A stretch of 34,557 nucleotides of DNA from Callorhinchus milii (lineage: Eukaryota), in assembly GCF_018977255.1 (NCBI RefSeq), contig NW_024705559.1:1-34557 (forward strand). Reading direction: 5' to 3'. The position numbers were made by a program, and so were the translations under genes. Every line of letters starts with the position of its first letter. Within the stretch, counting starts at the first letter, position 1. The notes beneath the pieces were generated by a model, which was given only the letters and a program-made list of their open reading frames with translations, did no database searches and had not been told where the DNA came from. Shown here piece after piece: positions 33,897 to 34,557 of this stretch.

Positions 33897-34502
33897 TGTG
33901 AAGTACCGGTGAGGACGCTTGACGCCGAGGTTGAGGCACACGTATGTTTATTCACAATATGACAGTGGGCATATACCACTCGAGGGGGTATCGGCCCCCT
34001 CACCCGTATAACTCGGGATACACCCCTAGCTAACTCTGTCCTAGCCCCGAATCCTCCACTAATGGGCTAGGGGAGGCTAACTGGCCCGACACTGGTAAGT
34101 CGGGCCCGGTACCCGGAGTTCCAGACCAGCTCTTACAAGAGCACCGGCTCTGGCTTTCGGGACCACGCCGCTGGCTCAATCCTGTCCGGCCCTGAAAAGG
34201 ACATCGAACCAGGGGAGTCCAGGGCTCTATCTAAGACGTCTTCAATCTTCTTCCCTTAGCTTAAACATAACTGCCGAGCCCTTTGAAACATCCCCTTTTA
34301 TACCCAACCCCTCCCTGAGGGGTGGGGCCCCGGGGGATCATAACGTTCGAACCAGCCCCCCCCCAGGGTGTCTGGCTCGGACGTCGTAGAGGGCACTTGC
34401 TCGTGCACTTACGTAGCCCCGCCCACTGTGTTTGTTTTCCATAGGCTGCCATGCATAACGGGCCCTCTCTTTAACACCCCTACATCACCCCCCCCCCCCC
34501 CC
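33897..34502 (-). mobile_element. Probable 3' LTR with polypurine tract
   Basis: Minus strand G-run (34488-34502), then TGTAGGGG from 34484, TATAAAA near 34298 and AATAAA near 33950. The left boundary is uncertain. Confidence 0.55.
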
Positions 34503-34557
34503 GCATAGCTTGCAGCCGTCCCGGCTGCCAACATACAAAAATGACAATAAAAGTGCA

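Overview
Repeat-rich eukaryotic (vertebrate-like) DNA. The GC-rich exons and repeat content suggest a lamprey or other jawless fish, which is an inference only. Two protein-coding genes are partly recognisable on the minus strand: exons 1-2 of a LETMD1 homologue (20321-20197, 17443-17286) behind a CRE/ETS-type CpG promoter, and two phase-compatible exons of an F-type (fucolectin) lectin domain (32398-32126, 28753-28582) with an apparent frameshift. The rest is mostly mobile DNA: a decayed Penelope-like element (RT + GIY-YIG), L2 fragments, solo LTRs, Tc1/pogo, hAT, Harbinger-type, Helitron/Helentron-type non-autonomous elements, tRNA-derived SINEs and satellites. The most notable signals are RNA-level. 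First, six minimal hammerhead ribozyme motifs with co-varying stem II sit in Penelope pseudo-LTR units, including a tandem pair 188 nt apart in sense orientation in LETMD1 intron 1 and head-to-head insertions bounded by 12-13 bp target duplications. Second, an unidentified ~300-nt repeat family inserts in the same palindromic way and folds into G-U-biased stems but has no canonical ribozyme core. All calls were made by eye, with no database search or folding run.
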